This document shows, one piece after another, positions 15,428-24,776 of a stretch of 64,000 bases of DNA. Each line of letters starts with the position of its first letter. The stretch's first letter is position 1. The notes beneath the pieces are model-generated. The model searched no databases. It was not told the origin of the DNA and saw nothing but the letters and a program-made list of their open reading frames with translations. The position numbers and the translations under genes were made by a program. The DNA is taken from positions 1-64,000 of IMG/VR virus record IMGVR_UViG_3300022935_000005; one strand, 5' to 3'.

Positions 15428-16195
15428 TAGAAATTCTCTTATTGATCTAGTCTTTGGTCCAATAGCGTATTCATCAAACCTAACAGCTGCCGCTGACACA
15501 ATGGAGACAACTTCATTTTTGTGGTTCATTATCGGAGAACCACTTGAGCCACCTACCGCCGGCACTGTGAATAGACTTATCATCGATATATCACCGATAT
15601 AGTAACCATCGAAAACAGGAACTGCTAACGGAGAAGATAGCCCAGCTGGGTTGGCCATGTTGTATACTTTGGAATGGAGCATCATGTCCTTTTGTGCTAT
15701 CTCTAAACCGGGTCCTAAGTCCTTGTTCGCTTTGAGGAGACATATGTCATTGTTTGTATCGATCGCAACAATCTCTCCTCGTCCTTCTCTGCCAAATCCT
15801 GTAGTCAAGCTTATCCTGTAAGCCACCCTGAGATTTGACGCTAATGGCCCGGGTACCATTGGCATCTTTGGAGGCATGCATATATGACCTGCTGTAACGA
15901 TATATTCATCTTTACTTGAGGTCTCTAAAATAAACCCTGAACCCATGCTGGTTTGACTTCCCAAGATTCCTTCTACACACCCTTCGCTTTTATCATTTTC
16001 GCATGAGATTGAAAAAACAAACTCTTGTGTTGTCATGACAAATGACTCTATGGGGAAGTATGAGTTCTCTTTTTTGATTACAGTATTGTCTGTTGTTCTT
16101 ATAATTTTATTCGGAACTTTAATGTTGAGACAACCAGACAGCAGAAAGAATAAAGCCGTAATCGAGAGTAGCAGCTGAATGATTAACTTTCTCAT
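15401..16195 (-). CDS. Trypsin-like serine protease, probable lipoprotein
   Basis: Lipobox LLSGC; TAGHIC, NDICLL, GGSSGSP catalytic triad motifs. Confidence 0.88.
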   Translation of the reverse strand: MRKLIIQLLLSITALFFLLSGCLNIKVPNKIIRTTDNTVIKKENSYFPIESFVMTTQEFVFSISCENDKSEGCVEGILGSQTSMGSGFILETSSKDEYIVTAGHICMPPKMPMVPGPLASNLRVAYRISLTTGFGREGRGEIVAIDTNNDICLLKANKDLGPGLEIAQKDMMLHSKVYNMANPAGLSSPLAVPVFDGYYIGDISMISLFTVPAVGGSSGSPIMNHKNEVVSIVSAAAVRFDEYAIGPKTRSIREFLLAHLPDDS

Positions 16196-16258
16196 TTGTC
16201 AAATGCTCCGCAATGGGATCTTTATTAATAATAAGTATAGAAGGAAGCATAATAAACG

Positions 16259-17047
16259 ATGACTGCGAAACAAAAAATTGTCTTGTTTGACATGGACGGT
16301 ACTCTGACACCAGCTAGAGAGCCAATAGAAGATGATATGATAGCTGCTTTAATACGTCTCACCAAGCACTCTAGAGTTGGTATCGTGACCGGATCAGACA
16401 TGGATTACGTAATGCAGCAGATGGGAAGAGCGTTTGATATCGGTGGGGTTCCAGTCAATAGGCTAGATGTTCTACCTTGCAACGGTACAAAATTCTATTC
16501 GTCAAACAGCTCCAACAATTACGTACTTGTCTCTGAAGCTGATATGCTTAAGGAAATTGGTCAGGCTGTATACAATAAGATTATTTCTAGATGTATGAGC
16601 TGGCAGACTGCTATCACTACCGACTATCCGAACCTTCCTTTTACCGGTACATTCTTTCAATACAGGGGCTCGTTATTAAACTGGTGTCCAATAGGGAGAT
16701 TAGCCGGCCAAGAACAAAGAAGCGCGTGGACCTCTTTGGATCAGCAAGAAGGAATAAGAGAGAAGTATTGTTCACAATTGTCTTCCCTACTTAAAGAAGA
16801 TGGTATCGACGTGACTGTTGCTCTTGGGGGTACAACTAGTTTTGATATATACCCGACTGGATGGGATAAAACATACGCTCTAAAGCACTACCCTGATCAT
16901 GATATATGGTTCGCCGGCGACCGCTGTGATCCAGGGGGGAACGATTGGCACATCTATGAGAAGCTAATTTCTGACAATCGGTCCTTTAAAGTTGAAAGCA
17001 CCTCGGAAACCATCGAACTTATCGATTCTCTAATCCTGACTTTCTGA
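16259..17047 (+). CDS. pmm: HAD-superfamily (eukaryotic-type) phosphomannomutase
   Basis: FDMDGTLT, VTGSD, CPIGR, GGTTSFDIYPTGWDKTYAL, GDRCDPGGND. Confidence 0.88.
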   Translation: MTAKQKIVLFDMDGTLTPAREPIEDDMIAALIRLTKHSRVGIVTGSDMDYVMQQMGRAFDIGGVPVNRLDVLPCNGTKFYSSNSSNNYVLVSEADMLKEIGQAVYNKIISRCMSWQTAITTDYPNLPFTGTFFQYRGSLLNWCPIGRLAGQEQRSAWTSLDQQEGIREKYCSQLSSLLKEDGIDVTVALGGTTSFDIYPTGWDKTYALKHYPDHDIWFAGDRCDPGGNDWHIYEKLISDNRSFKVESTSETIELIDSLILTF

Positions 17048-17072
17048 ACATGCTTTGCCCTGCTATTACAAT
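17045..17072 (+). promoter_or_regulatory. Promoter TGAACA-N16-TACAAT
   Basis: Same spacing as other TGWACA-N16 sites. Confidence 0.6.
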
Positions 17073-17091
17073 ATAGCATCAGGAGTAGTGC

Positions 17092-18717
17092 ATGAATCAA
17101 GAAATTATTTCTAAATTTCCGTATAAGTCAATTAGAGATCAGCAGCTTCAAGCTATAGAATTTTCAATCGACGCTATAAAGTCACAAGGCAAGAAGTTTG
17201 TGGTTATCGAGGCTGGTACCGGTGTCGGGAAATCAGCTATTGGATTAACAGTGGCAAGACTTCTTAGCGATGGAAGTTCAGAAAAGCATGCGCCCGGTGC
17301 ATACTTTTTAACCACTCAAAAAATTCTACAAGAACAGTATGTCAAAGACTTTGGTGGATTTAGCGGACCCATGAAGTCGATTAAATCTTCGTCTAACTAC
17401 TGTTGCAACTTCAATAAGGGAACTTCTTGTGGAGAAAGCTTAAGAGCTCTAAAGACAGCAGACAAATCGAGCAGGTTCTTTAAGTCATGCGCGTTTAATT
17501 GTGTATATAAGAAAGCCAAAGAATCTTTTGTCAATGGAACAGAGGGAGTTACTAACTTCCCTTACTTTCTAGCAGAGACACAATACTCTGGCAAAATTAC
17601 GCCAAGAGATGTTCTGGTAATTGATGAGGCCCACAATATCGATTCAGAGTTGAGCAAATTTATTGAGATCACCATCTCTGATAAGTTTTGCATGTCATTC
17701 TTGAATATGTCTATCCCGAATGGGATGACGCAACTACAGTACATTAAATGGATCAGTGATGTATATTTGAAGACAACAGTTTCAAAACTTACTCATCTTG
17801 AGAAGATGATGGAAAAATACATTGGGTTGAAGGAGAAAATTCGATCAGGCGAATTTGCATCAATTGCAAAAAAGTTTGAGATGCTTGATAAGCATGTGTG
17901 TAAGCTAAGAAGGTTCTTAGATTTGTATGACGGAAATAATTGGGTTATGAATGACATACCAAAAGACAATATGTCAAGTAGAAAACTACAATTTAAACCA
18001 ATTGATGTAGCACCGTATGCAAATGAAATGCTATATGATCATGGTCGTTACGTCGTATTAATGTCTGCGACAATTCTTGATAGAGATGCGTTTGCTTTGT
18101 CGGTCGGTATCCCTTCTCAGGATATGGCTTTTATATCTCTCGAGTCGCCGTTTCCTGTTGAGAATATGCCGATCATCTACGCCGGTATCGGAAAGATGAC
18201 GTACTCTGCTATTGACGGTACTTTGCCTAAGATGGTACAAGCTATTAAGCAGATCATTGATGAACACAAGAATGAAAAAGGCATCATACATTGTCATTCG
18301 TATAAGGTCGCTAGCTATATTAAGAAGAATATCAGAAGCACGAGAATCTTGATCCATGGATCTGATAACCGGGACGAAGTCTTGGAAAAGCACAAGAAGT
18401 CTAAAAAACCGACTGTTCTAATTTCTCCTTCAATGACAGAGGGTGTTGATCTAAAGGGAGAGTTAAGTAGATTTCAAGTTATCTGTAAAGTACCGTACCC
18501 TTACCTCGGTGACAAACTAATTAAAAAGAAGATGAATAAGTGGCAGTGGTGGTATCCGCTTCAGACTGCTAAGACCATCGTACAGTCTGTTGGAAGGTCA
18601 GTCAGGTCTAACGAGGATAGAGCAGTGACGTATATTCTGGATTCAGATTTCGAGAGGTTCTACAAATCTAATTCATCTCTTTTTCCAGCTAAGTTTAGGG
18701 AGTGTTTAAAATTATGA
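17092..18717 (+). CDS. DinG/Rad3-like SF2 helicase
   Basis: EAGTGVGKS, DEAH, MSATI, EGVDL, QSVGRSVR, Cys cluster. Confidence 0.9.
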   Translation: MNQEIISKFPYKSIRDQQLQAIEFSIDAIKSQGKKFVVIEAGTGVGKSAIGLTVARLLSDGSSEKHAPGAYFLTTQKILQEQYVKDFGGFSGPMKSIKSSSNYCCNFNKGTSCGESLRALKTADKSSRFFKSCAFNCVYKKAKESFVNGTEGVTNFPYFLAETQYSGKITPRDVLVIDEAHNIDSELSKFIEITISDKFCMSFLNMSIPNGMTQLQYIKWISDVYLKTTVSKLTHLEKMMEKYIGLKEKIRSGEFASIAKKFEMLDKHVCKLRRFLDLYDGNNWVMNDIPKDNMSSRKLQFKPIDVAPYANEMLYDHGRYVVLMSATILDRDAFALSVGIPSQDMAFISLESPFPVENMPIIYAGIGKMTYSAIDGTLPKMVQAIKQIIDEHKNEKGIIHCHSYKVASYIKKNIRSTRILIHGSDNRDEVLEKHKKSKKPTVLISPSMTEGVDLKGELSRFQVICKVPYPYLGDKLIKKKMNKWQWWYPLQTAKTIVQSVGRSVRSNEDRAVTYILDSDFERFYKSNSSLFPAKFRECLKL

Positions 18718-19217
18718 AAGTCTACAACAACATAGAAGATTTCTTGAAAGAGTCATGGGTACAAACAGAAAACCCTATATACATGACATCTGGTGGGTTT
18801 GATCCTTTACATATCGGACATCTTAGATGTATTTTAGAGACCGCTGACATGGCAGATCTTGATGGCGGACATGTCGTCGTCATTGTCAACGGTGACGGTT
18901 TCCTAAACAGAAAAAAAGGAAAGCCGTTCATGAATGAGGCAGAACGTGCTGAAATTATTGCTGGTATTCGTGGTGTTGATGCTGCTATCATTTGGGATGA
19001 TGGTGGCCAAACAGTAATTGGTGCCATTGAAAAACTTAAACCGACATTTTTTACCAAGGGTGGAGATAGAGCGGCACCTGAGGACATTCCTGAATGGGAC
19101 ATTTGTCAACAAGTCGGATGTGAAGTGTTGTTTAACATTGGTGGAGAGAAAATCCAGAGCTCTTCTTGGTTAATTGAAAACGCAGCTAACGAGGAAAATG
19201 ATGAGAAAAAAGATTGA
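18714..19217 (+). CDS. Cytidylyltransferase-like nucleotidyltransferase (RfaE-II/TagD-like)
   Basis: SGGFDPLHIGH, KGGD, KIQSSS. Confidence 0.88.
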   Translation: MKVYNNIEDFLKESWVQTENPIYMTSGGFDPLHIGHLRCILETADMADLDGGHVVVIVNGDGFLNRKKGKPFMNEAERAEIIAGIRGVDAAIIWDDGGQTVIGAIEKLKPTFFTKGGDRAAPEDIPEWDICQQVGCEVLFNIGGEKIQSSSWLIENAANEENDEKKD

Positions 19218-19542
19218 TAAGCCCTGGGGATTTGAGTTAATTTGGGCCCAGACAGAAGATTATGTAGCCAAGCTTATTGTTATCGAAGCCGGCCAACGGC
19301 TTTCGAAGCAATACCACGAAAAAAAGACAGAGACAGTGTATGTCATGGAAGGTGTGTTGTTGAATTATGACAAAGATGATAATGAAACAAGACTGATGCA
19401 AGGTGAAACGTTACATGTAGAACCTGGACAAGTTCACAGATTCTGTGCACCAGAAGATCGATATGTGAAAGTGATCGAAGTAAGTACGAACCACTTAGAT
19501 GATGTTGTCCGAATTAGCGATGATTACGGCAGGGGAGAATGA
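19201..19542 (+). CDS. Cupin, type II mannose-6-phosphate isomerase-like
   Basis: KPWG, LSKQYHEKKTE, PGQVHRF, DDVVRISDDYGR. Confidence 0.85.
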   Translation: MRKKIDKPWGFELIWAQTEDYVAKLIVIEAGQRLSKQYHEKKTETVYVMEGVLLNYDKDDNETRLMQGETLHVEPGQVHRFCAPEDRYVKVIEVSTNHLDDVVRISDDYGRGE

Positions 19543-19545
19543 ATA

Positions 19546-19953
19546 ATGGCTGGATCGGGATTCGTGCTATTTCGAGAAGACACTATTAGCAGCCCCTCGC
19601 CGCTGATGTTAGCATTAATTCGGAAAGATGGCATATTCGATATACCGAAAGGTCACAAGGAAAAGGGGGAGGATGATATTACTACAGCCACCAGAGAGTG
19701 CTTCGAGGAGTGTTCAGTGATGGTTAGGAGTGGTGATATTCTCTACAGCCCTTTCACCAACGGTGAGCTAACTTCATTTTGTGCTAGCACAAATCAAACT
19801 CCGACCATCACAAAAAACCCATCATCAGGTTTAGTTGAGCATGCAGGCTGGCGGTGGGTTACAAAGGATGAGTTTGTACAAAACTGCTTAAGCTACCTGA
19901 GACCTGGCGTTGAATATTTTTATTCAGAGCACTCTAGGAAATATAATCCATAG
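19546..19953 (+). CDS. NUDIX hydrolase
   Basis: PKGHKEKGEDDITTATRECFEE Nudix box. Confidence 0.88.
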   Translation: MAGSGFVLFREDTISSPSPLMLALIRKDGIFDIPKGHKEKGEDDITTATRECFEECSVMVRSGDILYSPFTNGELTSFCASTNQTPTITKNPSSGLVEHAGWRWVTKDEFVQNCLSYLRPGVEYFYSEHSRKYNP

Positions 19954-19996
19954 TTAGTAATATGTAGAATGGTTTAGGATCCAAGGATACAAAAGA

Positions 19997-21166
19997 ATGT
20001 CGATATTCAAGAAGCATAAAACTATCGCAGACCGATCAGCTAGCGACAGAGCACGTCATAGAAAAAAGATCGAAAAAGCGATAAAAGACGGCATTCACAA
20101 TATCGTAGCAGAAGAATCTATCATCGGAGAAAGTGGAAAAAAGAAGTTTAAGATTCCAGTTAGGGGAATCAAAGAACATCGCTTTGTCTATGGAGACAAC
20201 GGATCCAGAAGAGCTGGTTCTGGTGAAGGCAACGATATTAGTCGCGGTCAAACAATCGGAAAAAAGAAGAAGCAAAAAGGTCAAGGAAACCCTGATAAAC
20301 CTGGTAACGAAAAAGGCGAAGAGTTCTACGAAGTAGAGTTAACTCTTGATCAAGTCGCAGAATATCTCTTTAAAGACTTAAAGCTTCCAAACTTTGAAGA
20401 CAAGAAGAATGCTCAAGTAATAACCAAGAAAATCAGAAGGAAAGGTTACAGGACAAAAGGCATCAGACCAAGACTAGATAAAAAGAAGTCTGCAATTCAA
20501 CGTATTAAGAGAATGAAGAAAGATGAGTTCGCGGGCAAAAGAGACTCCGACTCTGATGAGAACTTTAGTTTCTTGGAAAAGGATTTACGTTACAAGCACT
20601 TTAAAGTTACCGAAAAGCGTACTTCGAATGCTGCTATCTTCTTTTTGATGGATATATCTGGGTCTATGACTACTGAAAAGAAGTTCCTGTCGAGAAGCTT
20701 TTTCTTCCTACTTTATCATTTCATCCGTTCAAGATACGACACCGTTGAAATAAATTTTGTCGCATATGAATCTCAAGCTTATGAAGTGGATGAAAAAAGC
20801 TTCTTTGAACGTGGCTCATCTGGAGGTACGATCACATCAACTGGTGTCAAGATGGTGAACGAGATCATTGACTCCCGATACCATCCATCATCATGGAATA
20901 TATATACTTTTCACGCGTCTGACGGCGATAACTGGCCAAGTGATAATGAGGCTTTGCTAAGCCAAATTGATGAGATGATCCCGAAGGTTCAATTCTATGG
21001 CTATTGTGAAATTGAGCCAAGCGCAGACAGGATACAGTTTTTAAGAGATAAAAGCTTAGGAGTACTCTTTGAAGGTTTAGTGTATGACAAGTTTAAGTCT
21101 TCCTCTATTACTTGTAAGGAAGATATATGGGAGGCATTCAATAGTTTCTTTGGGGGTGAGTTGTGA
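19997..21166 (+). CDS. yeaH: YeaH/YhbH (DUF444) vWA-like protein
   Basis: DRARH, DLRY, LMDISGSM, SGGT, YHPSSWNIYTFHASDGDNW. Confidence 0.92.
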   Translation: MSIFKKHKTIADRSASDRARHRKKIEKAIKDGIHNIVAEESIIGESGKKKFKIPVRGIKEHRFVYGDNGSRRAGSGEGNDISRGQTIGKKKKQKGQGNPDKPGNEKGEEFYEVELTLDQVAEYLFKDLKLPNFEDKKNAQVITKKIRRKGYRTKGIRPRLDKKKSAIQRIKRMKKDEFAGKRDSDSDENFSFLEKDLRYKHFKVTEKRTSNAAIFFLMDISGSMTTEKKFLSRSFFFLLYHFIRSRYDTVEINFVAYESQAYEVDEKSFFERGSSGGTITSTGVKMVNEIIDSRYHPSSWNIYTFHASDGDNWPSDNEALLSQIDEMIPKVQFYGYCEIEPSADRIQFLRDKSLGVLFEGLVYDKFKSSSITCKEDIWEAFNSFFGGEL

Positions 21167-22467
21167 ACTTCTTTGATGAACTAGCAGAGTGGGATGAAAA
21201 GCTTTGTAAGATGGCAAAAGAGCACGGACTAGATTGGTTTCCGCTTGCTTACGAGACTTGTGATTACTACGAAATGATTGGAGCTATGGCTTATCACGGC
21301 ATGCCGTCGCATTACAGTCACTGGAGCTTCGGTAAGTCTTTTGAAAGAAACCATACGATGTATGGAATGGGAATGCAGGGGTTACCTTATGAGATGATCA
21401 TCAATAGTAATCCATCGCTAGCTTATCTCATGGAAGAAAATCCGATGTACCTACAGGTTCTAATCATGGCTCACTGTATTGGACACTCCGACTTCTTTAA
21501 GAATAACATTACCTTTAAGCATACACACCCAGAAAACATTATATTAAGGATGAGAAATGCTAAGAGGTTTATCGATAAACTGATCGAAGATCCAAGCATA
21601 GGGATCGATGCAGTAGAAGATATTCTAGATTCAGCGCACGCTTTATCAATGAATGTTCCTCACAGGTATGTACCGTATGTTTCACAGAAGGACCAAAAGC
21701 GACAGTTAGTCAGTGACATCAAGGGTGGTTTATACGATAACTCTTTCCATGTTCCTGATCCGGAAAAAGTTCCAGTCTCTAATGAAATAAATATTCTAGC
21801 ATTCTTGGCAGACCAAAGCCCGATCTTGGAAGAGTGGCAAAGAGACCTACTGTTGATTGTAGAAGAAGAAGCTCACTACTTCATGCCACAGATAAGAACT
21901 AAGATTATGAACGAAGGATGGGCGAGTTATTGGCACTATCGTCTTATGCATGAGCTCGAGCTTCCTTCGTCGATGCATATACCTTTTCTTAAAACTCACA
22001 ATGAGGTTGTAAGACCTCATCCAGCATCCATTAACCCATATCATCTAGGGTTTCATTTATTTAGAAAGATAGAAGAAAGACATGGGTTAGAGGAATGCTT
22101 TATTGCCAGAGAATCTTTAAATGATGAAAGCTTCATAAGGCAGTATTTAACACAAGAAGACTGCGAAGAGTTAGAGCTGTTTAGCTTTTCGCTAAAAAAA
22201 GATGAATACGTTGTTGACGATGTCTCTGATGATGAGGGGTGGAAAAATATCAAGGAAGACCTAATCAAACAGGTCGGAGGTAATAGTATACCAATAATAG
22301 AGATTGACAATGTGGACGAATCTAATGTGCTTTGCTTAATTCATGAACATGATGGAAGGGACCTAGAGCTAGACTACGCAGATGCAGTTGTGCACCATAT
22401 TAGCAAGCTATGGGGCGATGTAGTAAAGCTTGATACCATCATTGAAGACGAACCTTTTGAGATCTAA
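21163..22467 (+). CDS. spoVR: SpoVR/YcgB family protein
   Basis: GMPSHYSHWSFGK, YEMIINSNP, GHSDFFKNN, TKIMNEGWASYWH, NPYHLG. Confidence 0.95.
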   Translation: MNFFDELAEWDEKLCKMAKEHGLDWFPLAYETCDYYEMIGAMAYHGMPSHYSHWSFGKSFERNHTMYGMGMQGLPYEMIINSNPSLAYLMEENPMYLQVLIMAHCIGHSDFFKNNITFKHTHPENIILRMRNAKRFIDKLIEDPSIGIDAVEDILDSAHALSMNVPHRYVPYVSQKDQKRQLVSDIKGGLYDNSFHVPDPEKVPVSNEINILAFLADQSPILEEWQRDLLLIVEEEAHYFMPQIRTKIMNEGWASYWHYRLMHELELPSSMHIPFLKTHNEVVRPHPASINPYHLGFHLFRKIEERHGLEECFIARESLNDESFIRQYLTQEDCEELELFSFSLKKDEYVVDDVSDDEGWKNIKEDLIKQVGGNSIPIIEIDNVDESNVLCLIHEHDGRDLELDYADAVVHHISKLWGDVVKLDTIIEDEPFEI

Positions 22468-22479
22468 CCCGGGGAAAAC

Positions 22480-24408
22480 ATGTCTGATAAAAACTTTCTA
22501 GAAATCATTAAGAGCCAAAGAGAAGAGAAGAAGCGCGAGAAGTTCGCCGGTACTTTTCTTGAATATCTTTCTTTAGTAGAGGAAGATCCAAGTATTACTG
22601 ACCACGCGCATAAGCGTCTGTATGACGCTGTAGTTTCTCACGGGACAGGGGTGATGGAAGACTCTGATCCTCGAAAGCACAAATTGTTTGATGGTGATAA
22701 CGTAAAAACCTACGAATACTTTCAATCAGAATTTTTTGGAATGGAATCAGTTATCGCGAAGCTTATGAGGTTTATGCGCTCTGCTGCTCTTAAGGGTGAA
22801 GAAAGTCGACAAGTTCTATTGTTGATGGGTCCTGTAGGAGCTGGTAAGTCTGCGCTAACAGAGCACATTAAGAAGTCTTTGGATGGGCAACCATACTATC
22901 ACCTTGTAGGAGACCCTCAGCGAGGAGAGCCACTTCAGTTGTTACCTCGTTCCCTAAGAGACCGATTTAATGAAATGCTGGGTGTCAGTATCGAGGGTGA
23001 CCTTTCCCCAGTCGCTAGACATCTACTATTTGAAGAATACGATGGTCAATACGAAAAGTTTAAAGTAAAAGAAACTACATTCTCCCAACGGGCTCGTCGA
23101 GGTGTTGCATCTGTTCCGCCAATGGACGCAAACTCACAAGATGTATCAGTGTTGATCGGTTCAGAAGATATTTCGAAACTTGATAGGTATTCAGAAGACG
23201 ACCCACGAGCGTTATCTCTAAATGGCGCCTTCAACGTAGGTAATAGAGGTATTGTTGAGCTTGTGGAGGTCTTTAAGAATGAAATTGAGTTTCTCCACAC
23301 AATCATTACAGCGACCCAGGAGAAGAGAGTTCCTGCCCCTGGAAAGCACGACATGATTTACTTCGATGGAGTCATTCTCGCGCATTGTAATGAAGCTGAA
23401 TGGAATCGATTCCAGAGCGAGCACACTAACGAGGCTATCTTAGACCGTATTGTTAAGATTGATGTGCCATACGTTTTGGAGCTAGAGCAAGAAATTAAGA
23501 TTTATGAAAAGATTCTTTCTCGCTCTAACTTTAAAGCCCACATTGCTCCTCATACGATTAGAATTGCTTCGATGTTTTCCGTGCTTAGCCGGCTTAAGGA
23601 AAGTCAAAAGTGCGATCTTCTTACGAAGCTTAAGCTTTACAACGGCGAAGAAGTTGTTGAAAAGGGTAGAGTTAAGAAGATCGATATTAAAGACCTTCGT
23701 GATGAAGCACCGAATGAGGGTATGAATGGTATTTCTACAAGATTTATTATGAAAGCCGTCGATAATGCATTGAGCGATTCTGATAAAGACTTCATCACTC
23801 CAATCTCAATATTAGATTCTCTCGTCAAGCAGGTCAAGGATCAGATTATAGATAGAGAGTTCCAGAGTCGTTGTCTTGAGTTGATAAGGAACGTAGTAAG
23901 AGGTGAATACCTCAAGATGCTTGAAAAAGAAATTGCTAAGGCGTTCATCACAGCATATGAGCCGCAAGCGCAGTCTATCTTTGAAAACTATATGGATCAT
24001 GCAGAGGCTTACACAACGAAGAGCAGGCTTAAGGATCGTATCACAAAAGAAGAGATGCAGCCTGATGAGAACTTTATGAGGTCTATTGAGTCAACAATCG
24101 GAGTCAGTGGTTCGGGTAAGGATGGCTTTAGAGCTGACGTGACTGCTTACATGTTCTCTAAGATGAGAAGAGGGGAGAAGGTAGACTATACTTCCTATGA
24201 GCCTCTTAAGGAAGCTATCGAGACCTATCTAATCACGTCAGTAAAAGACTTGGCCAGGATTGTTACTAAGTCTAGAGCAAGAGATGAAGAACAGCAACAG
24301 AAATATTCAGAGATGGTTCAGACGCTAATTGATGAATATGGATACACTGCTGACTCTGCAGAAGAAGTTCTAACTTACGCCAGTAATAATCTCTGGAGAG
24401 ACAGTTAA
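22480..24408 (+). CDS. prkA: PrkA/YeaG AAA+ serine protein kinase family
   Basis: LLLMGPVGAGKS, GNRGIVELVEVFK, LAHCNEAEW, NEAILDR, EGMNGISTRF. Confidence 0.95.
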   Translation: MSDKNFLEIIKSQREEKKREKFAGTFLEYLSLVEEDPSITDHAHKRLYDAVVSHGTGVMEDSDPRKHKLFDGDNVKTYEYFQSEFFGMESVIAKLMRFMRSAALKGEESRQVLLLMGPVGAGKSALTEHIKKSLDGQPYYHLVGDPQRGEPLQLLPRSLRDRFNEMLGVSIEGDLSPVARHLLFEEYDGQYEKFKVKETTFSQRARRGVASVPPMDANSQDVSVLIGSEDISKLDRYSEDDPRALSLNGAFNVGNRGIVELVEVFKNEIEFLHTIITATQEKRVPAPGKHDMIYFDGVILAHCNEAEWNRFQSEHTNEAILDRIVKIDVPYVLELEQEIKIYEKILSRSNFKAHIAPHTIRIASMFSVLSRLKESQKCDLLTKLKLYNGEEVVEKGRVKKIDIKDLRDEAPNEGMNGISTRFIMKAVDNALSDSDKDFITPISILDSLVKQVKDQIIDREFQSRCLELIRNVVRGEYLKMLEKEIAKAFITAYEPQAQSIFENYMDHAEAYTTKSRLKDRITKEEMQPDENFMRSIESTIGVSGSGKDGFRADVTAYMFSKMRRGEKVDYTSYEPLKEAIETYLITSVKDLARIVTKSRARDEEQQQKYSEMVQTLIDEYGYTADSAEEVLTYASNNLWRDS

Positions 24409-24480
24409 TACTAGTCTTGAAAATTAACTGCTGTCTCGATTACAATTATCATTATCCATTAGACATAAGGGAGTAATGAG

Positions 24481-24759
24481 ATGAAGATCGGTTATGCTGA
24501 AACACTATTGGCTTTTGCGGCTGTTACAACGTACCACAGTCTAACGTGGGGCCTTTCAATTGCAGCGTTAAGCTTGTTCATAGCATTTTGTAGATTTGCA
24601 ATCAGCTTTCAAGAAAAGAAAGAAGAAAAAGAAAAGCTACAAAACGCAACAAAGGTATTGAATGAACAAGCAGAAGAGCTTGGTAGCGCACTATCAAAAC
24701 TATTTAACAATGTAACGACGGATATCAACCAAAAGAACAGCAATAAGAAGTATCACTGA
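24481..24759 (+). CDS. Membrane protein with coiled coil
   Basis: Hydrophobic N-terminus, charged C-terminus. Confidence 0.75.
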   Translation: MKIGYAETLLAFAAVTTYHSLTWGLSIAALSLFIAFCRFAISFQEKKEEKEKLQNATKVLNEQAEELGSALSKLFNNVTTDINQKNSNKKYH

Positions 24760-24776
24760 ACATGTAGGGGTACGTT

